From positions 1,549 to 65,548 of the IMG/VR virus record IMGVR_UViG_3300037840_000041: a DNA stretch of 64,000 nucleotides; one strand, given 5' to 3'. The DNA comes from a virus (lineage: Duplodnaviria; Caudoviricetes). The first letter of the stretch is position 1, and each line of letters begins with the position of its first letter. The notes under the pieces were generated by a model, which searched no databases, was not told where the DNA came from, and saw only the letters and a program-made list of their open reading frames with translations. The translations under genes were made by a program, and so were the position numbers. Of the stretch, positions 37,599 to 46,883 are shown piece by piece.

Positions 37599-38361
37599 AA
37601 ATTCCGCCATCGCGTGGTGTGACCACACCTTCAATCCGTGGATCGGCTGCCAGAAAGTCTCTGCCGGATGCGATCATTGCTACGCCGAGACGCTGATGGA
37701 CACGCGCTATGGCCGCGTGGAATGGGGGCAGCGAAAAACCGAGGACACGAAGCCAAGGGTCGGCACGCGTGTTCGCACATCCGCAGCAAACTGGAAACTT
37801 CCACTGCGATGGGCCAAGGCGGCTCGCAGCACTGGAAAGCGGCCGAGGGTTTTTTGCGCGTCCTTATCCGACTGGCTCGACAACCAAGTGCCACGATCAT
37901 GGCGCGCTGATCTTGCAGAGTTGATCGAAGCAACGCCAGAACTCGACTGGTTGCTGCTGACGAAGCGACCAGAAAATTACGATCATCTCTCCCCATGGGA
38001 ACGCCACAATGTTCCTGCGAATGTCTGGCTCGGCATCACAGCCGAAGATCAAGAAAACTATGCAAGGCGTTGGGCAATCCTGTCGCGTATCTTTTCGGCG
38101 CGTGTCCGGTACGTATCTTACGAGCCGGCAATCGGGCCGCTCACGCGGCTTCAATTACTGCCGGCAGCTCCTATTCCGGATTGGATTATTTGTGGCGGCG
38201 AGAGCGGGCCTGGCTATCGAGATATGAATCCGGACTGGGCGCGCTCCGTGCGCAACCAATGCAAGGGTTGGATTCACCCGCGGTTTTTTATGAAGCAGAT
38301 GGCTGGGCTCAAGCCGATCCCGGGGGATCTGATGGTCCGACAATTTCCGGTGCCGCGATGA
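37591..38361 (+). CDS. DUF5131 (phage Gp37/Gp68) radical-SAM-like protein
   Basis: 'I.W.DHTFNPWIGC.KVS.GCDHCYAE', 'RVFC.SLSD', 'LLLTKRPEN', 'WII.GGESG'. Confidence 0.92.
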   Translation: MGENSAIAWCDHTFNPWIGCQKVSAGCDHCYAETLMDTRYGRVEWGQRKTEDTKPRVGTRVRTSAANWKLPLRWAKAARSTGKRPRVFCASLSDWLDNQVPRSWRADLAELIEATPELDWLLLTKRPENYDHLSPWERHNVPANVWLGITAEDQENYARRWAILSRIFSARVRYVSYEPAIGPLTRLQLLPAAPIPDWIICGGESGPGYRDMNPDWARSVRNQCKGWIHPRFFMKQMAGLKPIPGDLMVRQFPVPR

Positions 38362-39056
38362 TCTATCGATGTATCGACGTCGAGACGACGGGCATCCCAA
38401 CGGAAACCAAGAAGCATGGCCTCATGGAAATCGGGTGGTGTGATCTGACGAACGGCCTGCGGATCGGGAAACCGCAAGGCGAGTTGGTCAATCCTGGCAT
38501 CAGTTGCACGATCGAAGCACGCGCTGTGCACCACATCAGCGACAAGGATATCGAAGGCGCGATCTCTCCTGATCGGGCCTGCATGACGTTGCACGCCGGC
38601 GATCACCAATTCTATTGCGCGCACAACATCGATTTTGAGAAGCAGTTTTTCGGCGGCGGCGAGAAGGGCTGGCTCTGCACCTATAAAGCGGCACTTCGCA
38701 TCTGGACGGACGCGCCCGGCCACAAGCTTCAAGAGCTTCGCTACTTCCTGAAGATCGATGAGGATGAAGACTTTGACCGTGATCTGGCATCGCGGCCGCA
38801 CCGCGCGCCAGATGACGCCTATGTGTGCGCCTTCATCCTGCGACGCCTTCTGAAAGAGGCGACCGTCGAACAGATCGCGAAGTGGTCGAGCGGCCCCGCG
38901 CTGCTCCACATTTGCTACCTCAAAAAACACAAGGGAACGCCGTGGTCGCAAGTGCCAGCCGATTATCTCGCGTGGATTCTGTCGAGCGACATCAAGGATC
39001 GCGATATTCGGGCGACAGCGAAATTCTACCTCAACCAAAAGCGTCAATCATCGTAA
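38358..39056 (+). CDS. exoX: DEDDh 3'-5' exonuclease, exonuclease X-like
   Basis: Start ATG 38358; DVETTG, AHNIDFE, HRA.DDAY; C-terminal 'KHKG..WS.VP.DYL.W'. Confidence 0.85.
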   Translation: MIYRCIDVETTGIPTETKKHGLMEIGWCDLTNGLRIGKPQGELVNPGISCTIEARAVHHISDKDIEGAISPDRACMTLHAGDHQFYCAHNIDFEKQFFGGGEKGWLCTYKAALRIWTDAPGHKLQELRYFLKIDEDEDFDRDLASRPHRAPDDAYVCAFILRRLLKEATVEQIAKWSSGPALLHICYLKKHKGTPWSQVPADYLAWILSSDIKDRDIRATAKFYLNQKRQSS

Positions 39057-39072
39057 ACCAGAAGGAGTGACC

Positions 39073-40905
39073 ATGTTAGAGAAAGCCCCTGCATCCCTGC
39101 CGCCCACCGTGTGGGTCGATATCGCAAAGCTTCGCTACGCCAGCGAAGCGCCCAAGGAACTGAACCTTCAGGTCCGCAAGTCCAGCGACAAGGCCGGCCT
39201 CGAGGAACTGGAGGCGTCGATCAAAACGCACGGCATCATCGTGCCGCTGGTGACCAAGGAGCATAAAGGCGTGCTCTACGTCACCGCCGGCAACCGCCGG
39301 CTGAAGCTGATGCGCAAGCTGCATCCCGATTACGAGAAAACATCGGTGTCGGCACCGACGGTCGACTCCGACAAGATCACCGGAGACCCGCGCGAGATCG
39401 CAATGGCCACCAACCTCGGCCTGCCGCCGCATCCTGTCGATCGCTACGAGGTAATTGCGCTGCTGGTCAAGGAAGGGATGAAGCCGGCCGATGCCCAGGA
39501 GCATTTCGGATTGACCGGCCACGCGTTCGCGCAAGTGATGCGGCTCGGCAAGATGGACCCGATCGTCCGCAATGCTTGGCGCGACGGCGAGATCGACGCG
39601 CCCACGGTCAAGGCGTTCGCCCTGACCGACGATCAGAAGGAGCAAGCCCGCGTCTTCAATCTGCTGAAAAAGAACAGCCACAACGGCAAGGTCTACCAGC
39701 ACGAAGTCACCTCGCGGCTGATCGGCCAGCAGCGCGAGGCCGGCCATCTTGTGGAATTCGTCGGGCTGGCGGTTTGCGAGGATGCGAAGCTGAAGGTCAA
39801 CACCGATCTGTTCGGCACCCAGCATACCGTCAGCGACATGAAACTTTTGCGAAAGCTAGCCGACAAGAAACTGGCGGAGGCCTGTGCGATCTTGATCGCC
39901 GACGGCTGGTCTTGGGCGCTTCCGGCATCCGAGATCGCCAGCGATTGGTATTACAGCCGACTCGAGCCGGCACAGCCGGCTAAGCCTACTCCAGGCGAAC
40001 AGAAGCGGCTCGATGAAATCGCCGCGATCATGCAAAGCTATGACGACGACAGCGGCGACGATATCGACGCGCTCGAAGAGGAAAACGCGAGCATCACGGA
40101 GGCGATCAAATCGCGCGGCTACACCGAGGCGCAGCGCAAGAAGTCCGGATGCATCCTGAAGATCGCCGGCGATGGGAGCCTCTCGATTGAGTACGGTCTG
40201 GTAAAGCCGGAAGATGCCAAGAAGGTCGCCGCGTCAGAGCGCAAGGCCAACGCGCCGACGGCCGATGCCGGCAAGACCAAAAAGAAAGGTCCGCACAACG
40301 ATGTCAAGTCGGCGGCGCTGGCCGGCCGCCTCTCCGAGCAGCTGACGAAGGCCGCCGGCATGGCGATCGTCCGCGAGCCCAGCGTGGCGATCTCCGCGCT
40401 GATCGCTGGCATCGCGAGTCACGATTATGCGGTCGGCGTCCGCATCAATACCGATCACAGCAGGCCGGTAGCGTTTGTCTCGACCTTCGAGGGCAACCTC
40501 AAGGGCTCTACCCAAAATCGGGAAATACTGCTCGCGCAGATCACCGCGCGCGCCCTCAGCTTCGGCAACAGCAACCCGGACAGCCATCCGATGAAGAACC
40601 CGGCGGTTGCCGCAGTCTGCGACGCGATTGACGTTAAGCGGATGAATGCGGCGCTGCGCGAATGCTTCGATGCCAAGGATTATTTCTCGTCGACCGACAA
40701 GGCCTCGATTGCCCAGGCGGTACGCGAATCGATGGGCGAAGATCACGCGGCCAAGGTGCTGAAGATGAAAGGCCCCGAGGCCGCTAAGTTCGCGACGGCA
40801 AATGTTCCGAGAACCAAATGGTTGCCGCCATGGTTGCGCATCGCTGGCTATGATGGGCCGAATATCGCCGCAAAGAAGCCGGCGAAAAAGGGGAAGCGCA
40901 AATGA
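39073..40905 (+). CDS. parB: Large ParB/RepB/Spo0J family protein
   Basis: 'LEASIK.HGII.PL......Y.TAGNRRL', 'HPVDRYE', HTH, and the long C-terminus ending 'WLPPWLR' typical of mobile-element ParB; AAGGAG RBS. Confidence 0.85.
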   Translation: MLEKAPASLPPTVWVDIAKLRYASEAPKELNLQVRKSSDKAGLEELEASIKTHGIIVPLVTKEHKGVLYVTAGNRRLKLMRKLHPDYEKTSVSAPTVDSDKITGDPREIAMATNLGLPPHPVDRYEVIALLVKEGMKPADAQEHFGLTGHAFAQVMRLGKMDPIVRNAWRDGEIDAPTVKAFALTDDQKEQARVFNLLKKNSHNGKVYQHEVTSRLIGQQREAGHLVEFVGLAVCEDAKLKVNTDLFGTQHTVSDMKLLRKLADKKLAEACAILIADGWSWALPASEIASDWYYSRLEPAQPAKPTPGEQKRLDEIAAIMQSYDDDSGDDIDALEEENASITEAIKSRGYTEAQRKKSGCILKIAGDGSLSIEYGLVKPEDAKKVAASERKANAPTADAGKTKKKGPHNDVKSAALAGRLSEQLTKAAGMAIVREPSVAISALIAGIASHDYAVGVRINTDHSRPVAFVSTFEGNLKGSTQNREILLAQITARALSFGNSNPDSHPMKNPAVAAVCDAIDVKRMNAALRECFDAKDYFSSTDKASIAQAVRESMGEDHAAKVLKMKGPEAAKFATANVPRTKWLPPWLRIAGYDGPNIAAKKPAKKGKRK

Positions 40906-41150
40906 GCTACTGCGGAGCCTGCGGATCGTTTTTCTATCCCGATTGTCCGCGTCGGCGTGAGGGATTGTGCATTCCGTCGCTCAATCCCTTCGAGCAGCAG
41001 ATCGTCGAAGCGCAGGCGGCAGTTGTGGCCGCCAATGCGGAAATCCATGCGACCGTTCTCCGCGCTGACGGCCTCACGTCGCTAGCTGAGAAAGTTGAAA
41101 TGATCGCGGCCACTCTGTCTCGCCTTTTCGAGGAACCCGGCGCACCTTGA
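40902..41150 (+). CDS. Small Cys-containing hypothetical protein
   Basis: ATGA overlap. Confidence 0.55.
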   Translation: MSYCGACGSFFYPDCPRRREGLCIPSLNPFEQQIVEAQAAVVAANAEIHATVLRADGLTSLAEKVEMIAATLSRLFEEPGAP

Positions 41151-41217
41151 GCCGCCGGAAACTACTTCCCGCGCCGCAAATGGGCGGGACGGTCTTTTAT
41201 CAGATGGAGGAAAAATC

Positions 41218-41790
41218 GTGCTTGACCTGAAGAACCCTTTGGTATGGCCCGCCGACGAGCCCCGCACGCCATTCAATAAAAAGCGCAGCACTTCACTATT
41301 CGACACTCCTGAGGATAAAACCAGACGGCAGATCGAAAACGAGCTGCGGCTTTTTCGAGCAACGAATGTCAGCCTCTCGTACAACAATGCCTTTCGCGGC
41401 AGGATCGATGATCCTGCCGTCGCGCTCTATTTCGATCTACCTGGCGGCCGCTCGATCGCGATCTGCTGCGACCTGTACTATCAGCGATCGGATAACATCC
41501 GCGCACTCTACAAGGTCATTGAGGCGATGCGCACGATCGAGCGCTACGGCGGCCAGCATCTCTCGCAAAAATCATTCACCGGCTTTGCCGCGCTGCCCCC
41601 GCCGATCGACATCTGGAAATCGCTCGGCATCAGCAAAGGCGTCGGCGAAGCGCTGAACGAAAAAATGCGGCGCGAGTATGTGATGGACGGATTCCGCAAC
41701 AAGGTGAAGGAAGGCCACGGTGCCGGCAATGATATGGCGGCGCTGGTCGACGCTCGCGAAGAGGCGCTCAAGCAGCTGGGAGTCGCGTGA
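41218..41790 (+). CDS. Phage protein of the family usually fused to a C-terminal J-domain
   Basis: 'PL.WP...PRT', 'DPAVALYF', 'I.CD.Y....DN..A....IEA.R.IERYG', 'FTGFAALPPP..W..LG'; HPD motif absent. Confidence 0.7.
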   Translation: MLDLKNPLVWPADEPRTPFNKKRSTSLFDTPEDKTRRQIENELRLFRATNVSLSYNNAFRGRIDDPAVALYFDLPGGRSIAICCDLYYQRSDNIRALYKVIEAMRTIERYGGQHLSQKSFTGFAALPPPIDIWKSLGISKGVGEALNEKMRREYVMDGFRNKVKEGHGAGNDMAALVDAREEALKQLGVA

Positions 41791-42227
41791 TGTCTGAGGT
41801 CGCCTTTCCATCTGCGCAGATCAGTCGCGCGTCGACCGCGCCAGCGCTTGGCCTAAAGCGCGGACCGCTGTCGGCGGCCGAGAAGGACCGCATCGCGCAT
41901 CTGTTCAACACGATGAAGAAGCCGTTCCCCGCGGCGATCGCCCGCAAGCTCAATCGGGCCGACTCGACGATCGAATGGCACATGATGCGCAACGGCATGC
42001 GCAAGAAGCCGCTGCAGGTCCGGACGAAGCTGGTCTACGGCGACGGCTATCATGCGTTCACGGCTGAGCAAGACGCCTTTATCGAGGCCAAGCGCGCCGA
42101 GGGCAAAGGCATGACCTACAAAAAGATTGCCGAGCTGGCGACCGCGCAGTTCGGCTTCGTTCGCAAATGGTACAGCGTCAGGACTCGCCTGGCGCTGCTG
42201 GCTTCAGCTGCAGAAATGGAGGATTGA
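41787..42227 (+). CDS. Tandem HTH protein (GcrA-N/Myb-like)
   Basis: Two repeats: 'LSAAEKDRI......AAIARKLNR..STI.W' and 'FTAEQDAFI...R.EG..YKKIA......R...SVR.RL..L'. Confidence 0.6.
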   Translation: MMSEVAFPSAQISRASTAPALGLKRGPLSAAEKDRIAHLFNTMKKPFPAAIARKLNRADSTIEWHMMRNGMRKKPLQVRTKLVYGDGYHAFTAEQDAFIEAKRAEGKGMTYKKIAELATAQFGFVRKWYSVRTRLALLASAAEMED

Positions 42228-42491
42228 GTGATGATCTGGAAAACTGTTCTGAAGCTGACCGACGTCCAGCAGATTAAGGTGCCGGCGGGTGCCGAGATAC
42301 TTTGCGCGCGCGAACAGAACGAGCAAATCTGCGTTTGGTATCGCTGCGATCCACGCGCGCCAGACGTTCATCGCACGTTGCACATTGTTGGCACTGGCAA
42401 CGGCGGTCCGTCCGATGCTGGAAGATATCTCGGCACCGCAAGCCTTCGCCAAGGTCAACTTATTTTTCACGTCTTTGAAATGGAGGACTGA
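42228..42491 (+). CDS. Conserved small phage protein
   Basis: 'IWK..L.....Q.I..P.GA.IL....Q....C.W...D......I.GTG......YLGT......L.FHVFE'. Confidence 0.7.
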   Translation: MMIWKTVLKLTDVQQIKVPAGAEILCAREQNEQICVWYRCDPRAPDVHRTLHIVGTGNGGPSDAGRYLGTASLRQGQLIFHVFEMED

Positions 42492-42746
42492 ATGTCGATC
42501 ACCGTCAAGGAACTATACGACGCCACGATGCGTGGCGAAGGCGCACTGGCGAAGCACGCCGCGGCCAATCCAAATATGCCGGTCTTTCTCCTGCTCGGCC
42601 AAGATCAGCATGCCGCTGATCTGGTCGAGAAGTGGGCGATATGGGCCAGCGTCGATGACAGATCGGTCAAGAGCGGCAAAGTCTCGGAAGCCCGCGAGAT
42701 CACCGAACAGATGCGGCGGTGGCCGATTCACAAAGCACCCGATTAA
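42492..42746 (+). CDS. Small conserved phage protein (PVFLL.GQD..A motif)
   Basis: GGAGG RBS; recurrent phage motif ending 'K.PD'. Confidence 0.7.
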   Translation: MSITVKELYDATMRGEGALAKHAAANPNMPVFLLLGQDQHAADLVEKWAIWASVDDRSVKSGKVSEAREITEQMRRWPIHKAPD

Positions 42747-42789
42747 GTTCGGTCGCGCCGGTTGACCTCCATCGCCAGCGCGATCCGAG

Positions 42790-42824
42790 GGCCGGGCGGC
42801 TCCAGCCATGGCGGCCGCCCGGCC
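42790..42824 (+). terminator. GC-rich stem-loop
   Basis: GGCCGGGCGGC/GCCGCCCGGCC 11-bp inverted repeat in an intergenic gap. Confidence 0.5.
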
Positions 42825-42847
42825 TGTAATTCAAGGGAGTCGACTCG

Positions 42848-43051
42848 ATGACCTATCGCCGTGAAATTTCCAGCAGCTTTTTCGATTGTGATTCCTGTAC
42901 TGATCACATCGAAGTCGACGAGACCGGATTCGATGAAGCGTTAGAGGCCGCCAAGGCCGAAGGCTGGCGCGCATACATCGGTCCCGATAAAAAGTGGGCA
43001 CATTCGTGCCCATCATGCACGGAAGATTTTGCTAAGGAGCGTCGCCGATGA
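42848..43051 (+). CDS. Small zinc-finger protein
   Basis: CDSC...GW...H.CPSC; GGAG RBS. Confidence 0.7.
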   Translation: MTYRREISSSFFDCDSCTDHIEVDETGFDEALEAAKAEGWRAYIGPDKKWAHSCPSCTEDFAKERRR

Positions 43052-43599
43052 CACGCGCTATCGTCGCTCAATTTCACAAGAGCAAAGGCGGTCGCTTTGA
43101 TCTCTGGTCGGTCACTACCATCGAAGAGGAAGCAGATGGCAGCGGCGACACATGGATCAAACGAGAAACCTATGACGTCGATTGGTCCAGAAAATATGGC
43201 TATCTGTATCACAACTCTGGAAGCGGCGGCTCCAGGTCGGTAACGGTCGATTGCATCTACTTCGCCAGCGGCGAAGTCGAGATTGATGAGCAACCTTGCA
43301 TGCTATGTGAGCGCTCGAAAATAACTGGCCGTTGGAAAACGCGGGAGATACGCGCGATCAATAAAACCCGCCGACTTCCGGCATTGCCTAAAGCGTTCCG
43401 CCTTGAAGATGGCGGCGATCTCATGGAATGGCTGGAAGTCAACGGGATCAATCAGGATGCCGTCTGGTGCTCAGAATGTCGCGACCTCGTGCCCGGCGAT
43501 GAGCTCTGCAGGCATTGCTGGTGGTGCACCAAAACTGGATGGTACTCCACGCCTAGCGAGCGTTGCGGATGCAAAAATACTCAGGAGTGCGAAGGATGA
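43048..43599 (+). CDS. Cys-rich hypothetical protein
   Basis: ATGA overlaps; multiple CxxC pairs. Confidence 0.6.
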   Translation: MTRAIVAQFHKSKGGRFDLWSVTTIEEEADGSGDTWIKRETYDVDWSRKYGYLYHNSGSGGSRSVTVDCIYFASGEVEIDEQPCMLCERSKITGRWKTREIRAINKTRRLPALPKAFRLEDGGDLMEWLEVNGINQDAVWCSECRDLVPGDELCRHCWWCTKTGWYSTPSERCGCKNTQECEG

Positions 43600-43772
43600 C
43601 CAACAGCGCTGAGTTGAACATCATAGACAGCGTGTTGATGAGAATGATGCCGTGGGACGGCGCGCTTGCAATGCGCGACCGCCTCCGCGAGGCTGGCTTC
43701 GAGATCATCTATGTCAAGCCGACGGAAATAACTGGCGAGCAGTTCGACGACATCAACAGGAGATCGACATGA
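43596..43772 (+). CDS. Small hypothetical protein
   Basis: ATGA overlaps. Confidence 0.55.
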   Translation: MTNSAELNIIDSVLMRMMPWDGALAMRDRLREAGFEIIYVKPTEITGEQFDDINRRST

Positions 43773-44167
43773 CGGCCAGACGGAAGAAAGACCCTCGCTA
43801 TATTCCAAACCCGCGCCTGTCGCGCAACACATCCGTGGATCCTTCCGGCAATAAGCTGCTGGCGAAGATCGCGGCTATCCCGCCGATGGAAGACCCGGTA
43901 GGCGACGGCGAGATCGAATTCCGCCACAGGGTAATCTCGGTAGAGGAGAAATTCCGCGCCGAGCTTGATGATGAAGCGCGCGCCAGGCTCGGCGCAATGC
44001 CGGAGTCCGGCGGCGGCGCCGAAGGCAAATACGAGCCTCAGCTGGTCAGCCTCGGTTGGTGGGTCGTTCTCGACGGCTGGCCAGTTGCGCTTCGCTTCAG
44101 CACCGGAAAGCCATCGATCGAGGCCGGGGATACGCTGGCGCTGGTCGCCCGGATCATCAAGGCCTGA
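43769..44167 (+). CDS. Hypothetical protein, last gene of the rightward operon
   Basis: AGGAG RBS; ATGA overlap. Confidence 0.6.
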   Translation: MTARRKKDPRYIPNPRLSRNTSVDPSGNKLLAKIAAIPPMEDPVGDGEIEFRHRVISVEEKFRAELDDEARARLGAMPESGGGAEGKYEPQLVSLGWWVVLDGWPVALRFSTGKPSIEAGDTLALVARIIKA

Positions 44168-44230
44168 CGGGCCACAAACGGCCAGCGGCGCGATATTCCT
44201 GGCTGGCCGCGACTTATCCCCCAAACGACG

Positions 44231-44279
44231 AAAACCCCGCCCAGCCGCCCGCTAATGGGCGGCTTGGCGGGGTAATTTT
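44231..44279. terminator. Probable bidirectional terminator between convergent operons
   Basis: AAAA-CCCCGCCCAGCCGCCC-GCTAAT-GGGCGGCTTGGCGGGG-TAATTTT. Confidence 0.75.
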
Positions 44280-44297
44280 ATTGCGCAGAAACGAAAG

Positions 44298-44336
44298 CGG
44301 CCGCTACCGGGACCATTTTTTGATCGGTAGCGGCCG
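44298..44336 (-). terminator. Second stem-loop terminator for the leftward late transcript
   Basis: CGGCCGCTACCG/CGGTAGCGGCCG 12-bp inverted repeat followed on minus strand by CTTTCGTTTC. Confidence 0.6.
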
Positions 44337-44588
44337 AAGTCATTTGGGAGGAAACCCAAGGATGCGCAGTATCGCTACCGCACGGTTCCATCTGTATCTG
44401 GAACCTCTTCGAATATCACCGGTAAGTTTTGCCGCGGTCGATCACGACGGCTGATCGCTGAAAGCTGGCGATGATGTGGTCGCTGCTGGCGACGTTCGGA
44501 TCAACCTGCAGCCAACTGGTGACCGCACCATCATCCCGCACGGCCGTCGCAATCGTGCATTTGAGGATGGCGGATTGCAGCGCCACGG

Positions 44589-45053
44589 TCAGCGCCCGGT
44601 ATTGGCCGGTGGTTGCGGATGAGCATAGCCCTGCGGCTGTACTAGAATCGAGGCGGCGATCTGCCGGTTGATGTCGTTGATCTGCTGCTGCGCAGCCTCG
44701 AATCTCTTGTCGATGGACTGGGAGAGAATGTCGACCTCCTTACCCTCAACAGGCACATGTGCCGCATGTGCGATCAACTCTCGCTGTGCGGTTTCCAGGA
44801 CGCCAAGCCGCGCCAACACCGAGGCGCTTGCAACCTCCTGCTCATGCTGAAAGGCGGAATGCTCCCGCAGCGAAAGATATTGCGCCCGGATCAGTTCAAG
44901 CGCCCGCTCATGAGTATCAATCCGCCGATCTTGTGCATTGAACTGGTTCTGCACGATGGTGAAGAAGCCGGCGGACAGCGCACAGAAGGCCAAGATGCCA
45001 GCGATGACGACGGACCATGTCAGTTGTGGCCCGCCGTTCGACCCATCAACCAT
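44589..45053 (-). CDS. Single-TM coiled-coil protein (lysis accessory, spanin-like)
   Basis: N-terminal TM followed by heptad repeats; end of lysis region. Confidence 0.55.
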   Translation of the reverse strand: MVDGSNGGPQLTWSVVIAGILAFCALSAGFFTIVQNQFNAQDRRIDTHERALELIRAQYLSLREHSAFQHEQEVASASVLARLGVLETAQRELIAHAAHVPVEGKEVDILSQSIDKRFEAAQQQINDINRQIAASILVQPQGYAHPQPPANTGR

Positions 45054-45072
45054 CCCCGCCCCCTTGCGCTTG

Positions 45073-45429
45073 CTATCGATCGCGTGTCTTCACCGGCGTC
45101 AGCAACGCCTCAATGCGGCTGGCGGTCGCTTGGACGGCAATCACCTTTTCCTCCAAGCGAGCTGTGCGCTCACCCTGTGATGCAGCTGAGGCGCTGGCGA
45201 CGATCGACGCGGCCGACATTTGCGCCTGTAATTTCTCGAGCGCATCGATTCGGGAGTTCATGGCGCTGGCGTACCAGCCGCCGACCACCGCGTTGATGAA
45301 CGCATAGACCGTCATCGTCGCGATGAACACCACCGGCACCCCGCGAACGAGATGCCAATGCGTGTTGCCGTTTTCCAGCGGCTCTCCCTCAGATGCTTCG
45401 ATCATTTTTCTGCCCGTCATTTGCGACAT
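45073..45429 (-). CDS. Single-TM coiled-coil protein (lysis accessory)
   Basis: TM segment, then 'RIDALEK...ERTARLEEKV..V......RIE'. Confidence 0.55.
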   Translation of the reverse strand: MSQMTGRKMIEASEGEPLENGNTHWHLVRGVPVVFIATMTVYAFINAVVGGWYASAMNSRIDALEKLQAQMSAASIVASASAASQGERTARLEEKVIAVQATASRIEALLTPVKTRDR

Positions 45430-45468
45430 CCCATTAAAACGATCTTGAGGCGCTTTTGTTCGACGGGC

Positions 45469-45879
45469 TTAGGCGCTGCCGACGCGGCTATCATCCATGA
45501 CTGGAGTCGCACGGTTGATCCAGGCGGTTTCCTCCGCTGGTGTCATCTCGTTGGCACCGACGAGGACTCGGGTCACATTCTCGACGTGCTTGTCGTAGCT
45601 GGAGTGGGAGACAGCCTGGGCACCTTCCGACGCGACCTCTGGAGCGGCAGCACCGGACGAAGCTACGAAGTCCTCGATCGCCTTAGCCAGTTTGGGAGCT
45701 TCGGCCTTTGCCGCTTCGAACGCGGATGGTCCCTCCTTGGCTGCCGCCAGGATCACTGGCGCCGCCCGCTCGAGCTGCGGTTCATACTTGACCGCCATTG
45801 ATACCAGCGGCGCGGCGTCCGGATGAAAATAGGCCAGCGCCCGCAAGGCGCCGTCGATGATCTGACCGTGAAGCGACAT
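45469..45879 (-). CDS. Hypothetical protein in lysis region
   Basis: GGAGG RBS. Confidence 0.65.
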   Translation of the reverse strand: MSLHGQIIDGALRALAYFHPDAAPLVSMAVKYEPQLERAAPVILAAAKEGPSAFEAAKAEAPKLAKAIEDFVASSGAAAPEVASEGAQAVSHSSYDKHVENVTRVLVGANEMTPAEETAWINRATPVMDDSRVGSA

Positions 45880-45940
45880 CGGATTCCTCCAAAGGGTTGA
45901 AAAATAAGGGAATTATATACATGACTCCCTTTTCCACTGT

Positions 45941-46879
45941 TCATTCGCATAACCCGTAGCTGGAGGAACAACCGACATGCTTTTCCAGCAATGGCAATTG
46001 GAACTGCATCCCGCCGCGCGACGTGCTCGCCCACTCGACCACCTTGCGGATTCCCCGCTTATCAAGATGGGCATCCCGGTCAGGATCAGAAAAGAACGAT
46101 GCGGCCCGGCGCTTCGCCGCAAGGGCCACAAGGCCCTCCCATTCGGCAATCCGAGCGACGTGCTCGGGGAAGCGGTTGGCTATTTCCGCGATCTCGGATT
46201 TAGCGCAGTTAATGCAGGGCAGGCAGCCAACCCGGCTCATGCCCATGGAGTAGAGCGGATTCAGCTTTATGCCCCGAGCGACCACGAAATCGACCGTCTG
46301 TTGCGCGGTCCAATCCACGATAGGCCGATAGCAATAGAGGCCATCCGTTGTGTGCTCAATCCGCTTCGCGAACTTGCGCTGTTGCGATTCGTCGCGCCGG
46401 ACGCCCTGCCACGACCAAACCTTGAAGCCATCCTTGACGAAGCCATACTGAAAATCGATCAGCGGGATTGTCTTGAGTTCCTGGGTGCAGAACTGCGCTT
46501 TCCGGGACGGAAAGCGCCCCTTCCAAAGACACAGATCAAGGAACGGATTTCCAGTCGGATGCAAGATCGCCAGCGCGCGGCGTTTGGCTTTGTTGGTCCA
46601 GCGAATGCGGCGACCGTCTCGCCTGCCGATACGGGAATCCCGCGCGATGAAAACACGCTTGATGGCGATCTCGGCGCTAAAATCGGCGCGGACGGTTTCG
46701 ATTGTTCGGCCCAGCGCCTTCGGGAGGTAGTCCCGAACGTAATCATAGGTGTATTCGTGCTCGTTGCCGGTATCGGCAAAGACCAGATGCGCGTCCGGGA
46801 ATCGATCAAGGGCAAGCAACGCGGTCGCAGTGGAGTCTTTGCCACCGGATACCGAAACGATATGGGCACGCTTTTGCAT
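45941..46879 (-). CDS. PAPS-reductase family (PP-loop) protein, IS passenger
   Basis: SVSGGKDS, FADTGNE, 'RFPS...FCT.ELK', QGVRRDES..R, NPLY..G..RVGC.PC, terminal CSSSYGLCE. Confidence 0.9.
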   Translation of the reverse strand: MQKRAHIVSVSGGKDSTATALLALDRFPDAHLVFADTGNEHEYTYDYVRDYLPKALGRTIETVRADFSAEIAIKRVFIARDSRIGRRDGRRIRWTNKAKRRALAILHPTGNPFLDLCLWKGRFPSRKAQFCTQELKTIPLIDFQYGFVKDGFKVWSWQGVRRDESQQRKFAKRIEHTTDGLYCYRPIVDWTAQQTVDFVVARGIKLNPLYSMGMSRVGCLPCINCAKSEIAEIANRFPEHVARIAEWEGLVALAAKRRAASFFSDPDRDAHLDKRGIRKVVEWASTSRGGMQFQLPLLEKHVGCSSSYGLCE

Positions 46880-46883
46880 CGGG

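Noticed and set aside
45941-46879. Auxiliary sulfur-assimilation gene cysH, or a complete Dnd system
   Set aside because: No other cys or dnd genes are present and the C-terminal motifs fit the stand-alone phage-type PP-loop family
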